64,000 nt of DNA from Longimicrobiales bacterium (GCA_965198065.1 CBDAON010000004.1:608001-672000), one strand, 5' to 3'. Numbered from the stretch's first letter, positions 1-10,722 are shown. Numbers and translations are program-made. Notes: generated by a model from the letters alone, not told the origin.

Positions 1-926
1 ACCCCAGGCGGAACGCCGATCGTGCCCGAGCCCTCCACCGTGGGAACTTCGATCTCGCCGCCGAGCGCAGCCTCGGCGAACGTCACCACCCGCTCCGTAA
101 CCAGGTCGGTCCCGTCGCGAACGAAGCGGTCGTCTTCCTCGACCTCGAGGAGCGCGATCACGTCCCCGCGCGGGCCGCCCCTCGGGCCCACGTTCCCGCG
201 GCCCCGGAGCGTGATGAAGTTCTCCGAGCTGACCCCGGCCGGGACCTGGATTTCGACCTCCCCCTCCGCCCGAACCCTCCCCTCTCCGTAGCAGACGGCA
301 CACGGTGCGCGGATGACCCGCCCCTCTCCGCGGCAGGTACGGCAGGTGGTCACGGACACGAACTGTCCAAAGACGGAGCGCTGAGCGATCCGCTCCTCAC
401 CCGAACCTCCGCAGGTCGGGCACGTCGCGGCCCCCTGCGGGTCGGCGGAGCCGCTGCCGCCGCAGGTCCCACACGGCTCGAGGAGCGCGAGGCGGAGGCG
501 CTTCGTCGAGCCGTGCACGACCTCCTTCAGTGTGACGGGAAGCCGAACGCGTACGGTCTCGCCCGCCATGCGCGTGCGCGGCGCACTTCTACGACGGCGC
601 CCGCCGAAAATCTCCTCGAAGCCCGCGCCCCCGAAATCCCGCATGAAGATCTCGATCGCGTCGTGCAGATCGAACCCGCCCTGGAACGGGCCGCCGGCCC
701 CGGCACCGCGCAGTCCATCCTTGCCGTACCGATCGTAGGCAGCACGGCGCTCCCGATCCCTCAGAACCTCGTAGGCCTCGGAGAGCTGCTTGAAGCGCTC
801 CTCGGCCTCCGGGGATCCCCGATTCCGGTCAGGATGATAATCCATCGCGAGCCGGCGGTAAGCCTTCTTGATCTGGTCTGCATCGGCGCTGCGGGGGACG
901 CCGAGGGTCTCGTAGTAGTCAGCCAT
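1..926 (-). CDS. dnaJ: Chaperone DnaJ (3' end runs off the window)
   Basis: Manual translation from ATG 926: [35 protein letters not shown] (J domain, HPD). Four in-frame CxxCxGxG repeats. Downstream of hrcA. Missing from the ORF track because there is no stop in the window. Confidence 0.97.
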   Translation of the reverse strand, partial: MADYYETLGVPRSADADQIKKAYRRLAMDYHPDRNRGSPEAEERFKQLSEAYEVLRDRERRAAYDRYGKDGLRGAGAGGPFQGGFDLHDAIEIFMRDFGGAGFEEIFGGRRRRSAPRTRMAGETVRVRLPVTLKEVVHGSTKRLRLALLEPCGTCGGSGSADPQGAATCPTCGGSGEERIAQRSVFGQFVSVTTCRTCRGEGRVIRAPCAVCYGEGRVRAEGEVEIQVPAGVSSENFITLRGRGNVGPRGGPRGDVIALLEVEEDDRFVRDGTDLVTERVVTFAEAALGGEIEVPTVEGSGTIGVPPG

Positions 927-960
927 CAGGACGGACTTGTGACGAGCACTCGGATCCGGA

Positions 961-2040
961 TCACTCGAGGATCCGGCCGACAAGCGAGGAGGTGTGGTCC
1001 ACGATCGCGCAGACTTTCTCGTAGGGCATACGGGTCGGCCCGATCACGCCGATCACCCCCTTGAGCCCGCCCACCCGGTACTCGGCGGTGACCAGGGTGA
1101 AGTCGTTGAGCGCCCGGGCGCTATTCTCTCCCCCGATCGTGACATGGATCCCACCAACGTGAGAGCGGCTCCTGAGGACATCGGCTAGCATGTCCTTCCG
1201 CTCGGTCAGCTCGAGGAGCCCCTTCAGCCGCTTGCCACTCGTGAACTCGGGCTGCGACGCGAGGACGCTGGCCTGCCCGATGTGGATTTCGGCGCTCTCG
1301 GCCTCCGGCCAGTCGAACAGCTCGCCGCCCGACTGCATGAAGATGTTCAGCACCTCTTCGGTAGCCGGGTCGTCGCCCGCCACGACGTCGCGGATCCGGA
1401 CAGAGACGGTCTCGCGGATCTCGCTCAGGGTGAGTCCGGCCAAGCGCTCGTTCAGGAGGGGCGTGAGGGTAGTGAGCGTGTCGTCGGGAATCTCGCAGGG
1501 AAGGTCGATGAAGACGGTCTTCACGAGCCCGCTCCTCACCTGCGCCACGAGGAGCACTCGGGTGGACGAGACCCGCACGAGATCCAGCCGCTCGAGGACC
1601 GCGTGGTCCAGGCGGGGGGCTGCTGCGACACCCAGCTCCTGGGACAGGAGCCCGAGGGCCCGGGTGGCCCTCTGGATCAGGCGCTCGACGGCAGACGGGC
1701 CACCGAGATCCAGCTCGACCTCGAGGCGCTCCCTCTCCTCCTTCGTGAGCGGCATCGGCTGCATGACCTGCTCCACGAAGGCCCGATAGCCGAGGTCGGT
1801 CGGGACCCTCCCAGCCGAGGCATGGGGGTGGAAGAGATACCCCTTCTCCTCTAGGTCGCTCATCGTGTTTCGGACCGTGGCCGGGGAGACCCCGAGCTCG
1901 AAGCGGCGCGCCACGTTGCGGCTCCCGGCTGGCTCGGCCGTGTCTACGTACGTGCGCACCACGGCCTCGAGGACCGTTCGTTCCCTCTCCGTGAGGTCGG
2001 CGTGTCCCGACGTGCGCGTTATCGAGGATCGATCCGTCAT
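961..2040 (-). CDS. hrcA: Heat-inducible transcription repressor HrcA
   Basis: [67 protein letters not shown]. Start trimmed to ATG 2040 (GGAGGT RBS). Confidence 0.97.
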   Translation of the reverse strand: MTDRSSITRTSGHADLTERERTVLEAVVRTYVDTAEPAGSRNVARRFELGVSPATVRNTMSDLEEKGYLFHPHASAGRVPTDLGYRAFVEQVMQPMPLTKEERERLEVELDLGGPSAVERLIQRATRALGLLSQELGVAAAPRLDHAVLERLDLVRVSSTRVLLVAQVRSGLVKTVFIDLPCEIPDDTLTTLTPLLNERLAGLTLSEIRETVSVRIRDVVAGDDPATEEVLNIFMQSGGELFDWPEAESAEIHIGQASVLASQPEFTSGKRLKGLLELTERKDMLADVLRSRSHVGGIHVTIGGENSARALNDFTLVTAEYRVGGLKGVIGVIGPTRMPYEKVCAIVDHTSSLVGRILE

Positions 2041-2094
2041 CCCGTTGCCACCTCCCGCGCCGAGAGCGCGATAACGGAAACTATCCCCGCCAAT

Positions 2095-2121
2095 CTCGCA
2101 GGTTCCGAACCCAAGGGCCAA
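2095..2121 (-). promoter_or_regulatory. Possible degenerate CIRCE element upstream of hrcA
   Basis: Minus strand TTGGCCCTT-N9-ACCTGCGAG vs consensus TTAGCACTC-N9-GAGTGCTAA (6/9 and 4/9 matches), about 55 bp upstream of hrcA. Confidence 0.25.
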
Positions 2122-2546
2122 GGGACGGTTCGCGCCGAGTGGGAGCCAGCGGTCGACGCGTTCCTTCCCCGGCTGGCCACCCGGCCGCAACATGACCGCA
2201 TCCACGCAGGGCCGGGCTCCGAGAGCTCCTCCTTGCAGTACCGGAGAGTGCGGGGCGGATATTGGGAGCGTTGGGCCCGGTGTGCGCGCCGGCTGGTGAG
2301 AAGCGCTTCGACGAGGCTCGCTCCGGTGTCTGGTTGTACGTGTGTGGTGGGGGCGAGTAGGGTCTAGCATCCGTGAACGGGCTGGCCCGCCAGCAGAGTC
2401 GCAGCTCCGCTAACAAGACTCCTGTGCGAGAGTCGTACAGCGGGGGCTGTGACAGCATCTGACTTCCCACGGCCTTCTACAACCTCGTCGGCAGCGGGAC
2501 AGTGCCCGTCTCAGAAACGAGTGCCGAGAGCGTGATCCGGCTCTCT

Positions 2547-3728
2547 TCATGAGCGAAGTGGAGCAATACCGTCGCGCCGAGTGGGCTCCGCGATCCACCC
2601 GTCGAGCCCCCTCCTGGCCACGCCTTCCACCTCGAGGGCGGTGAGAAGGGACAGGATCCGGGAAGGCGGGAGGCGCGACGCTTCGACCAGCTCGTCCAGC
2701 GTGCGGGGTACCCTTCCCAGGCAGTCGGCAAGCACCCGCCGGTCCGGAAGAGCGGAGGAGTCCGGCCGGCCGGCCGCCGCGCCGTCCTCACCGGCCCGAC
2801 TACTCCCGTCGGTCGGGGCTCGGCGAGGCTCCCACCCCAGGGTCTCGAGGACGTCCGTCGCGCTCGTAACGACATGGGCACCGTCCCGGAGCAAGGCGTT
2901 CGTTCCCTCCGCCTGGGGGATCTCGATCGAGCCCGGGACCGCGAACACCTCGAGCCCTAGATCTAGGGCGTGATCCACGGTGATCAGGGCCCCGCTCCGG
3001 GCCGCCGCCTCCACCACCACCACCCCGCTGCAAAGTGCCGCGAGGACGCGGTTCCGGCGAGGAAAGTGGTAAGCGCGGGCCGCCACCCCCGGAGGGAACT
3101 CGCTCACGACCAGGCCCTCGCGAACCACCCGATCGAAGAGCGCGCCATTCGCCGCCGGATAGGCGCGGTCTGGCCCACACCCCAGGACGGCGATGGTTCC
3201 TCCGGCCCCGCCGAGCGCCCCGCGGTGCGCGGCCCCGTCGATGCCGCGCGCGAGTCCGCTCACCACCGTGACGCCCGCGGCGGACAGATCCCGACCGATC
3301 CGCTCGGCCGCCCGCCGGCCCACCGAAGTGGCCCGCCTCGACCCCACGACCGCCACGCTCGGCCGATAGAGAAGCTCGCTCCGGCCCCGGAGAAAGAGCA
3401 CCGGGGGCGGATCGGAGAGCGGCCGGAGGCTCGCAGGGTACCGCGGGTCCAGAACGCTCAGGACGCGGATCGCGCGCTCGTGGCAGCGGTCCAGGATCCG
3501 CTCCACGCGCTCCAGTAGCTCCGGGTTGCGTCGCCGATCGGGAGATCGTGCCCCCGTCGTCACCCGGAACCTCTCCCCCGGTATCTCGAGCGCCCGGAGC
3601 GCCCCGCCCGAGGCCTCGAGGAGGCTGACGAGCGCTCGGTCTCCGAGGCCCGGCAGGAGGCGAAGGAGGAGGAGGGCCGACAGGTCGTCCGTGGCCGTCA
3701 GATCTCCTGGTCCAGGGCACTCCACCAC
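2547..3728 (-). CDS. dprA: DNA-processing protein DprA
   Basis: [57 protein letters not shown]-terminal winged helix. Confidence 0.96.
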   Translation of the reverse strand: MVECPGPGDLTATDDLSALLLLRLLPGLGDRALVSLLEASGGALRALEIPGERFRVTTGARSPDRRRNPELLERVERILDRCHERAIRVLSVLDPRYPASLRPLSDPPPVLFLRGRSELLYRPSVAVVGSRRATSVGRRAAERIGRDLSAAGVTVVSGLARGIDGAAHRGALGGAGGTIAVLGCGPDRAYPAANGALFDRVVREGLVVSEFPPGVAARAYHFPRRNRVLAALCSGVVVVEAAARSGALITVDHALDLGLEVFAVPGSIEIPQAEGTNALLRDGAHVVTSATDVLETLGWEPRRAPTDGSSRAGEDGAAAGRPDSSALPDRRVLADCLGRVPRTLDELVEASRLPPSRILSLLTALEVEGVARRGLDGWIAEPTRRDGIAPLRS

Positions 3729-4822
3729 TCCGCCTCGTCCACACCCGAGGTCGATGTTCGATCGGCCTCGACGTCCCCGTCCACCACCGGCTCCGAGGCG
3801 TCGGCCCTCACCCTAGACCAGAGCGCTTCCAGGAGAGCCGCGACCCCGCGCCGGGTGACGGACGACAGGACGAACCGGCCCCACGCATCCGGCGCGTGCA
3901 CCTCGGGTGCACGCGCCTCCGATGCGGGCTCCACGGCCGAGCCTCCACCCGTTCGAGCCCCCTCCCCGGCGAGCAGATCGGCCTTGGTGAGAACGAGGCA
4001 ATGCGGTCGCCGCGCGAGCGCCTCGGAATAGCGGGCCAGCTCGACGCGGAGGCGATCGTAAGTGCCCTGCGGATCGGGATCGTCGACCGGGACGAGGAGC
4101 GCGAGGGCCCGTGTGCGCTCGATGTGCTGGAGGAAGCGGTGGCCGAGCCCCCGGCCTTCGTGTGCCCCCTCGATGATGCCGGGAAGGTCGGCCATCACGA
4201 ACGACCGGAACTGGGGGAGCGCAACCACTCCGAGGTGGGGAGCGAGCGTCGTGAACGGGTAGTCGGCGACCTTGGGGCGAGCCGCCGTCACGGAGGCGAG
4301 GAGCGTGGATTTGCCCGCGTTCGGCTCCCCCACGAGCCCCACGTCCGCGATCAGCTTGAGGGTGAGCTCAATCGTCCGGCTCATCCCCTCCTCCCCCGTC
4401 TCCCATCGGCGGGGCGCCTGGTCCGTGGCCGTGGCAAAACGGGCGTTACCGCGGCCTCCCCGCCCGCCACGGGCCACGACGAGCCGCTCGCTCTCCGTCA
4501 ACAGCTCTCCGAGGAGCTCTCCGGCGTCCCGGTCGTGGGCCATCGTCCCCGGGGAAACCCTCAGCTCGAGGTCGCCTCCGCTCCGCCCCGTTCGATTGCT
4601 CCCCTCTCCGTGTTCGCCCCTCGGAGCCCGGTACTCCGCCTGGTACCGGAAATCGAGGAGCGTGGTGAGCTGCGGATCGCACACGAGCACGACGCTCCCG
4701 CCGTGCCCCCCGTCGCCCCCGGAAGGGCCGCCCCGGGGAACGCCCTTCTCGCGCCGGAACGCTTCCGCGCCCGAGCCCCCGGTCCCTCCCACGACCGTGA
4801 TGGTCACGCGATCGACGAACAT
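3698..4822 (-). CDS. obgE: GTPase ObgE/CgtA
   Basis: [31 protein letters not shown]bg fold; [21 protein letters not shown]. Confidence 0.98.
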   Translation of the reverse strand: MFVDRVTITVVGGTGGSGAEAFRREKGVPRGGPSGGDGGHGGSVVLVCDPQLTTLLDFRYQAEYRAPRGEHGEGSNRTGRSGGDLELRVSPGTMAHDRDAGELLGELLTESERLVVARGGRGGRGNARFATATDQAPRRWETGEEGMSRTIELTLKLIADVGLVGEPNAGKSTLLASVTAARPKVADYPFTTLAPHLGVVALPQFRSFVMADLPGIIEGAHEGRGLGHRFLQHIERTRALALLVPVDDPDPQGTYDRLRVELARYSEALARRPHCLVLTKADLLAGEGARTGGGSAVEPASEARAPEVHAPDAWGRFVLSSVTRRGVAALLEALWSRVRADASEPVVDGDVEADRTSTSGVDEAEWWSALDQEI

Positions 4823-4838
4823 GGTTCGACTCTGCTCC

Positions 4839-5675
4839 TCACTCCGCCGGCTCGAGCTCGAGCTCCGCCTTGAGCGCGAACCCCATCGTCCCTCCTCGCT
4901 CCGCTCCGCAGAAGATCCCCTCGGCTCCGTCCTTCAGGATGACCGATCCTCCGCACGCCAGCATGACGCTGGAGACGAGCCGGTCGGTTCCGCCCATCAT
5001 CCAGGGGTGCCCGACCATGGCCTCGACGATCCCGCGAGCTCCGAGGACTCCCTGCGCCGACGCGCGGGCGAGCGCGGCGTACGCCCGGGCCATGAAGCGC
5101 AGGGGCATGGCGAAGCAGACCACGCCGCACCCGTCCACCCCGGTGCCGATCTCGCCCTTGGCGAGCCCAGACCACCGGGCGACCTCTGTGAGCATTCGTC
5201 GCTGAACCGGGTGCCGGGGCGAGAGATATCCGTCGAGTGGCCATTGGTGGTGCCTCGCGAGCGCGAGCATTCCCGCGTGCTTTCCAGAGCAGTTGTTGTG
5301 GATGGGCTGGGGCAACTCCCCCGAGTGAGCCAGCGCCGACGCCGCCCACTCCGACAGCGGCGCGTGCGGCCCGCAGGCAAGAGCCGCTTCCGGGATGCCG
5401 CTTCGCTCGAGCAGGTGACGAACGCCCTCCACGTGGCCCGGTTCCCCGCCGTGCGACGCGCACGCGAGCGCCAGCTCTTCCTGGGGGATTCCCATCCCTT
5501 CCACCGCTCCGTCGGCTACGAGCGGCAGCGCCTGAAACGGCTTCGCCGCGGAGCGCAGGAACGTGACGAGATCGGGATCTCCCGCACGCCACAGGAGCCG
5601 CCCGTCCGCGTCCGTCACGGCGACGTGCATCCGGTGCCGCGACTCGATCACGGCCGCGCGACGGAGGACGATCAC
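4839..5675 (-). CDS. L-asparaginase II (Rhizobium etli AnsA-type) family protein, C-terminus appears short
   Basis: [43 protein letters not shown] motifs. Possible CTG start at 5684. Confidence 0.88.
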   Translation of the reverse strand: MIVLRRAAVIESRHRMHVAVTDADGRLLWRAGDPDLVTFLRSAAKPFQALPLVADGAVEGMGIPQEELALACASHGGEPGHVEGVRHLLERSGIPEAALACGPHAPLSEWAASALAHSGELPQPIHNNCSGKHAGMLALARHHQWPLDGYLSPRHPVQRRMLTEVARWSGLAKGEIGTGVDGCGVVCFAMPLRFMARAYAALARASAQGVLGARGIVEAMVGHPWMMGGTDRLVSSVMLACGGSVILKDGAEGIFCGAERGGTMGFALKAELELEPAE

Positions 5676-5924
5676 CGCAGTCAGGGGAGCCTCCCTCGGG
5701 TGGCCGCCTCAATCATCCGCGCTCTCGGACTCATTGATGCCATCTCTCGCGGGGATCCGGAATGGGAATCCGGGACGGCCCGAAGGGACGATCCACCGCC
5801 TCACCCGATCAGGGCGTGCCGGCAGCTCGCCGAACGTCCACAGGTCGCCGCAGAGGTGGGGGAGCGGGCGGTACGGGTGCCGCGCGGCGGCCGACGTGCC
5901 GCCGTAGGAAGCCGAGCGTCCGGG

Positions 5925-7658
5925 TCAGGATCCCGCGGCTGGCGTCGCGGAAACCGAGCCCGCCTGCGAAGCGTACGAGGCGGCCCGCTCAAAGAGATCC
6001 TCCGGCGACCGCGCCACGGTGAGCAACTCGACCGCGCGCTGGAGGGCCGTGTCGTACGGCATGCCGCGCCGAAACGCCTCCAGCTCCCCCCACCCCTGCT
6101 TCGCGATCTCGGACTCGAGCTCGAGACTCACGAACCGCGCGGCCCGATCGAAGACCTCCGGGTCGATCTCGAGCCCGCGCTCGTCGGTGAGAAAGGCGTG
6201 GAAACGGTCCAGGTCCGCGCCCGTGACGTCGAACCCGGAACTCCGGTTCCTGGCCCCGTTCAGAAAGCGGACCGAGAAGTCGAAGAGGCCGTTGAAGAAC
6301 CGCCCCCCCACGGCGAAGAGCTCACGGACGGCCTCCTGCTCGGCGGTCGTCAGCGTGTCCTCGGACACGATCAGGTCAGGCACGATCCCGCCACCGCCGA
6401 AGAGGGTCCGCCCGCCGACGGACGACAGGGTCGGCCGCCCGGCCGTATCGGGTGGAGCCGCGATCAGTCCGCGAATCGTTAAAGATCCCACGACGTCCCC
6501 CTCCCCCCCCGCACCCGGCCCCGACGCCCCCTCGTTCGTCCTGATGCGCTCGATCGACCGCCCCTGGGGAGTGTACCAGCGCGCGGTGGTCAGCTTCAGC
6601 ACGTTTCCGGCCGAGAGCGAGAAGAGGCTCTGGACGGATCCCTTCCCAAAAGTGCTGCTCCCGATGAGGAGCGCGCGGTCGTGGTCCTGCAGAGCACCCG
6701 CCACGATCTCGGAAGCGGACGCGCTCCCGCGATCTACCAGCACGACGACGGGGAAGCCGGGGTATCGGTCGGGAGCGGAGGCTCGAAGCGTGCCCGTCGG
6801 CCGTCCGTCCCGCCCCCTCGTCTGGACCACGTCCGACCCTCGGTCCAGGAACAGGTCCGCCACCCCGACCCCCTGGTCGAGGATTCCGCCCGGATCGCCA
6901 CGCAGGTCCAGAACGAACGACGTCGCGCCGGCCTGCCGGAGGGAGTCGGCCGCGGTGCGAACCTCTTCCGTGGCGCTCTCACTGAAGGTCGAAAGGGGGA
7001 TGTAGCCGATTCCGGGATCGATAAGCGTGGCGTACGAGACCGGGTGAATCTGGATCTGCTCGCGAACGAGCTCGAACTCGATCGGCTCGTCCACGCCGTT
7101 CCTCTCGATCTGCACGCGCACGGCTGTGTCCGGACGTCCTCGCAGGACCTGGACGGCCTGCTGCGCGGCCCACCCGCAGGTCGACTGGCCCTCCACCGTG
7201 ATGATCAGGTCCCCGGCGCGGATCCCCGCACGGTGGCCCGGGCCGCCTGGGATCGGTCCCACCACGGTAATGAAGTCGCCACGCTCGGCGATCTCGAGCC
7301 CAACCCCTCCGTAATCCCCTTCGGTCTGGATGCGGAAGTTCTCGTACGCCTCGCGCGACAGGAGCACGGTGTTCGGATCCCCCAGACCGTCCAGGACGCC
7401 CTCGATCGCGTCGTCGTAGAGACCGTCGCGATCCACCGGGTCCACGAAGCGCTCAGTGATGTGCTCCACGACCTCGTCGAAGAGGGTGGACTCGGCCACC
7501 CTGTCCTGACCCTCGACGACGCCCTCGCGGAGAAACCAGGCCCCGGCCACGATGGCGACGCCGAACACGATCCCAGGGCCGATGGGGAAGAGCCGAGGCG
7601 TCATGGGTCGGTGGTGGTTGGGGGAAGGGGCCTTCGCGACGGAACGGCCCTCGTTCAA
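5925..7658 (-). CDS. ctpA: S41 C-terminal processing protease with PDZ domain
   Basis: N-terminal TM helix, GGVGLEI PDZ, LDLRGDPGG, SASASEIVAGALQD, TFGKGSVQ, LTTARWYTP. Start may be ATG 7604. Confidence 0.93.
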   Translation of the reverse strand: MNEGRSVAKAPSPNHHRPMTPRLFPIGPGIVFGVAIVAGAWFLREGVVEGQDRVAESTLFDEVVEHITERFVDPVDRDGLYDDAIEGVLDGLGDPNTVLLSREAYENFRIQTEGDYGGVGLEIAERGDFITVVGPIPGGPGHRAGIRAGDLIITVEGQSTCGWAAQQAVQVLRGRPDTAVRVQIERNGVDEPIEFELVREQIQIHPVSYATLIDPGIGYIPLSTFSESATEEVRTAADSLRQAGATSFVLDLRGDPGGILDQGVGVADLFLDRGSDVVQTRGRDGRPTGTLRASAPDRYPGFPVVVLVDRGSASASEIVAGALQDHDRALLIGSSTFGKGSVQSLFSLSAGNVLKLTTARWYTPQGRSIERIRTNEGASGPGAGGEGDVVGSLTIRGLIAAPPDTAGRPTLSSVGGRTLFGGGGIVPDLIVSEDTLTTAEQEAVRELFAVGGRFFNGLFDFSVRFLNGARNRSSGFDVTGADLDRFHAFLTDERGLEIDPEVFDRAARFVSLELESEIAKQGWGELEAFRRGMPYDTALQRAVELLTVARSPEDLFERAASYASQAGSVSATPAAGS

Positions 7659-8359
7659 CCCCGGCGCGCGGGGAAGTGTTCCGGAAACCGGGTTGTGAGC
7701 GCCTCGCGCACTTCGCGATGAACCTCGTCTACCGGTGCAGTGGCCTTCACGAGAACGGCCCCGGGATAGTCCCGCGCGAGGGATCGGTAGGCTCCCGCTA
7801 CGGTCTCGTGGAAGCTCATCTCCTCCGCCTCGATCCGGTCGGCCGCTTTCCCTACCTGCCGCGCGTGCCCCTCGTCCGCCGGAAGGTCGAGGATGAACGT
7901 CACGTCCGCGCGGAGCCCCGCCGTCGCGAAGGCGTTCAGGAGCTCGACCGCCTCCACCCCAAGCCCTCTCCCCACCCCCTGGTAGGCCAGGGTCGAGAGC
8001 TCGTAGCGGTCCGCGATCATGACGGCTCCGCCCTCCAGCGTGGGTCGGACCACGTCCCGGACGAAGGCCGCCCGAGCCGCGAGGAGGAGGAGCAGCTCTG
8101 TCTCGGCCGACATCCCGGAACCGCCCGCGCTAAGGAGCACGGCCCGAATCGCCTCCCCGACCCCCGTTCCGCCTGGCTCGCGGGAGAGCCGGTGCCGAGT
8201 CCCGCGCTCGGCAAGCCACCGGGCCAAGAGGCCGGCCTGGGTGCTCTTCCCCGCCCCCTCGACTCCCTCGAAGACGAGGAAGAGGCCGCGCCGGGTCGCG
8301 CCGCTCGCTTCGCGGGGGCGAGGCCCCTCCTCACTCCTGCTCGTAGTACTCGAGCCCAA
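7655..8359 (-). CDS. tmk: Thymidylate kinase
   Basis: FEGVEGAGKSTQ, REPGGT, DRYELSTLAYQG, DRIE. Confidence 0.96.
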   Translation of the reverse strand: MGSSTTSRSEEGPRPREASGATRRGLFLVFEGVEGAGKSTQAGLLARWLAERGTRHRLSREPGGTGVGEAIRAVLLSAGGSGMSAETELLLLLAARAAFVRDVVRPTLEGGAVMIADRYELSTLAYQGVGRGLGVEAVELLNAFATAGLRADVTFILDLPADEGHARQVGKAADRIEAEEMSFHETVAGAYRSLARDYPGAVLVKATAPVDEVHREVREALTTRFPEHFPARRG

Positions 8360-9650
8360 GGTGGGTGAGCAGCTGTTCGTCGCCGAGCCAGCGAAGGGTG
8401 TTCTTGAGCTTCGTGTGCTGGATGAAGAGGTCGTGCTCTGGGTACAGCCCGGGCGCGGTCTGCGGGCTCTTGAAGTAGAAGGAGAGCCACTCCTGGATCC
8501 CCTTCATCCCCGCGCGCTTCGCGAGATCCAGGAAGAGGGCAAGATCCAGCACGATGGGAGCAGCCAGGATGGAATCCCGACAGAGGAAGTCCACCTTGAT
8601 CTGCATCGGGTACCCCATCCACCCCGTGATATCGATGTTGTCCCACCCTTCCTTGTTGTCGCCGCGCGGAGGATAGTAGTTGATCCGGACCTTGTGGTAG
8701 AGGCTCCCGTACAGGTCGGGGTACATCCGCGGCTGAAGGATGTGCTCGAGCACGCCCAGCTTCGATTCCTCCTTCGTCTTGAACGAGTCCGGATCGTCGA
8801 GCACGGCTCCGTCCCGATTCCCGAGGATGTTCGTGGAGAACCAGCCCTCGATCCCCAGCATCCGGGCCTTTAGCCCCGGCGCGAGGATCGTCTTCATGAG
8901 TGTCTGGCCGGTTTTGAAGTCCTTGCCCGCGATCGGCACCCCGGACTCCCTCGCAAGGGACTCGAGCGCGGGCACGTCCGCCGAGAGGTTCGGGGCCCCG
9001 TTGGCATACGGTACGCCTTCCTTGATGGCGGCGTACGCATAGATCATGCTCGGCGCGATGGCGGGATCGTTCGCCCGCATCGCGGCCTCGAAGACCTCGA
9101 CCGTCTCGTGCGCAGGACCCGGACGGAGGAATATCTCGGTCGATCCGCACCAGATCATCACCAGGCGGTCGCACCCGCTCTCCTCCGCAAAGCGCCGGAT
9201 GTCGTCCCGCACCTGCTCCGCCAGCTCTAGCTTGTCCTTCCCGGTCTTCACGTTGGGCCCGTCCAGGCGACGAACATAGGTCCGGTCGAAGAGGGCCGGC
9301 ATCGGGCGGATCGAGCGAAGGAATGCCTCGATGGGCGCCAGGTGGTGCGTCCCCAGCACGCCCGCCTTCACGGCGCTCTCGAAGCCGTCGTCCGGGATCG
9401 GATCCCACGCGCCGAAGACCAACTGGTCGAGCGCGGCGAGGGGGACGAAGTCTTTGATCAAGGGAGAACGCCCCTCCGTTCGCTTCCCCAGGCGGATCGT
9501 ATTCATCTGTGTGAGCGAACCCACGGGCTTCGCCAGACCGCGTCGCACGCTCTCCACCCCCGCCACCATGGTCGTCGCCACCGCTCCGAACCCCGGCAGG
9601 AGTACGCCGAGCCGTCCCTCACCGGACTGAATCACAGATCGATCCGTCAC
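8331..9650 (-). CDS. ino1: myo-inositol-1-phosphate synthase
   Basis: GFGAVATT, WCGSTE, YANGAPN, GKDFKTGQTLMK, STNILGNRDG, YYPPRGDNKE, CRDSILAAP. Confidence 0.96.
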   Translation of the reverse strand: MTDRSVIQSGEGRLGVLLPGFGAVATTMVAGVESVRRGLAKPVGSLTQMNTIRLGKRTEGRSPLIKDFVPLAALDQLVFGAWDPIPDDGFESAVKAGVLGTHHLAPIEAFLRSIRPMPALFDRTYVRRLDGPNVKTGKDKLELAEQVRDDIRRFAEESGCDRLVMIWCGSTEIFLRPGPAHETVEVFEAAMRANDPAIAPSMIYAYAAIKEGVPYANGAPNLSADVPALESLARESGVPIAGKDFKTGQTLMKTILAPGLKARMLGIEGWFSTNILGNRDGAVLDDPDSFKTKEESKLGVLEHILQPRMYPDLYGSLYHKVRINYYPPRGDNKEGWDNIDITGWMGYPMQIKVDFLCRDSILAAPIVLDLALFLDLAKRAGMKGIQEWLSFYFKSPQTAPGLYPEHDLFIQHTKLKNTLRWLGDEQLLTHLGLEYYEQE

Positions 9651-10330
9651 CGAGTCTTCTCCGTGTAGTCGTGGGCGGGTCCGCCTCCTGGTCGAGCCCG
9701 CGGCTCATCGAGGGGAACGCCAGCCGCCTCGCGGTAGACCCACACAATCCTCTGGAATGCGGTGAGGGCGGTCGTCACCGCGAGGACGATCAGCACGACC
9801 CGGAGCACGAGCCCGTTCCACGAAAGGCCGAAGAAGAGCGATCCGCCACCGAGCAGGAGCACCCGCTCAGCGCGTTGCATGAGGCCCACCGAGCAGTCGA
9901 GGCCGAGCGCCTCGGCGCGCGCGCGTGTGTAGCTCACCATGAGGGACCCGCCCATGGCCAGCGCGATCACGTAGACCATCCAGACGTCGGCCAGCTGCCG
10001 ACCGTACTGAATGTAGAGGGAGAGGAGGCCGAGGAAGACGACGATCTCACTGATGCGGTCGAGCGTCGAGTCGAAGAAGGAGCCGAACTTGGACGCCAGG
10101 CCACTCAGGCGGGCCACCTGCCCATCGAAGATGTCGAGCACGCCGCCGCCGAGGATGCAGAAGCCCGCCCAGCGGACGTGGTCGAAGTGATAGAGCACGC
10201 CGGCAGCGACGGTGACCGCGAAGCCCACGATGCTGACGGCGTTCGGATGGACGCCCCAGCGGATCAGCGCGCTCGTCGCCGGCGAGATGATCCGGTAGAC
10301 CACGTCCTTGAAGATCTTAAGAGAGGGCAT
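9647..10330 (-). CDS. CDP-alcohol phosphatidyltransferase, probable phosphatidylinositol-phosphate synthase
   Basis: HPNAVS, DIFDGQVAR..SKFGSFFDSTLDRISE signature, SLMVSYTRARAEALG. Overlaps the ino1 start by 4 nt. Confidence 0.9.
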   Translation of the reverse strand: MPSLKIFKDVVYRIISPATSALIRWGVHPNAVSIVGFAVTVAAGVLYHFDHVRWAGFCILGGGVLDIFDGQVARLSGLASKFGSFFDSTLDRISEIVVFLGLLSLYIQYGRQLADVWMVYVIALAMGGSLMVSYTRARAEALGLDCSVGLMQRAERVLLLGGGSLFFGLSWNGLVLRVVLIVLAVTTALTAFQRIVWVYREAAGVPLDEPRARPGGGPAHDYTEKTR

Positions 10331-10348
10331 GGCCCGGGTCGGTCGCCG

Positions 10349-10705
10349 TCATGGAAGGATGATCCGGCTTTTCGATCCTTCGTCGACGGCCACGGAGATC
10401 GTGTCGTTCACCTTCTTCAGAAGCTTGTCGAAGTTCGCCTGGGCCGCGATGAGACGCTGATACGCCGGGCGCACCTGGAGGTCCTGAACCAACCGGTCGT
10501 ATCGCTCGCGCACATCGTCCCCGGGCTCCTTACCGGCCTGGAGCGCCACGAGGATCTCGGATTCGAGCTTGTCCAGATCGTTGCGGAGCTCCACGAGCTC
10601 GCGGTCCTCGTCCAGGCTCGCGGTGGCTCGCTTGAGCGCCTGGTACTCGTCCGTCCTGCCGAGCGCCTCTCCCAACTCCTTGGCCATCTCCTGTACGTTC
10701 GCCAT
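10349..10705 (-). CDS. YlbF/YmcA (Com_YlbF)-like helical protein
   Basis: MANVQEMAKELGEALGRTDEYQALKRA...YQRLIAAQANFDKLLKKVNDTI pattern; 118 aa. Start trimmed to ATG 10705. Confidence 0.75.
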   Translation of the reverse strand: MANVQEMAKELGEALGRTDEYQALKRATASLDEDRELVELRNDLDKLESEILVALQAGKEPGDDVRERYDRLVQDLQVRPAYQRLIAAQANFDKLLKKVNDTISVAVDEGSKSRIILP

Positions 10706-10722
10706 TCGTTCGGATCTCGTCC

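Noticed and set aside
2348..2370. GGGGGCGA resembling a tmRNA 5' end
   Set aside because: No GxTTCGA motif and no tRNA-like 3' end with CCA.
2455..2510. Cobalamin-riboswitch-like fragments on the minus strand (ACTGTCCCGC, GAAGGC...GAAGTCAGA)
   Set aside because: The GGGAA/CGGTG/AATCC core and B12 box are missing, and the downstream gene is hrcA.
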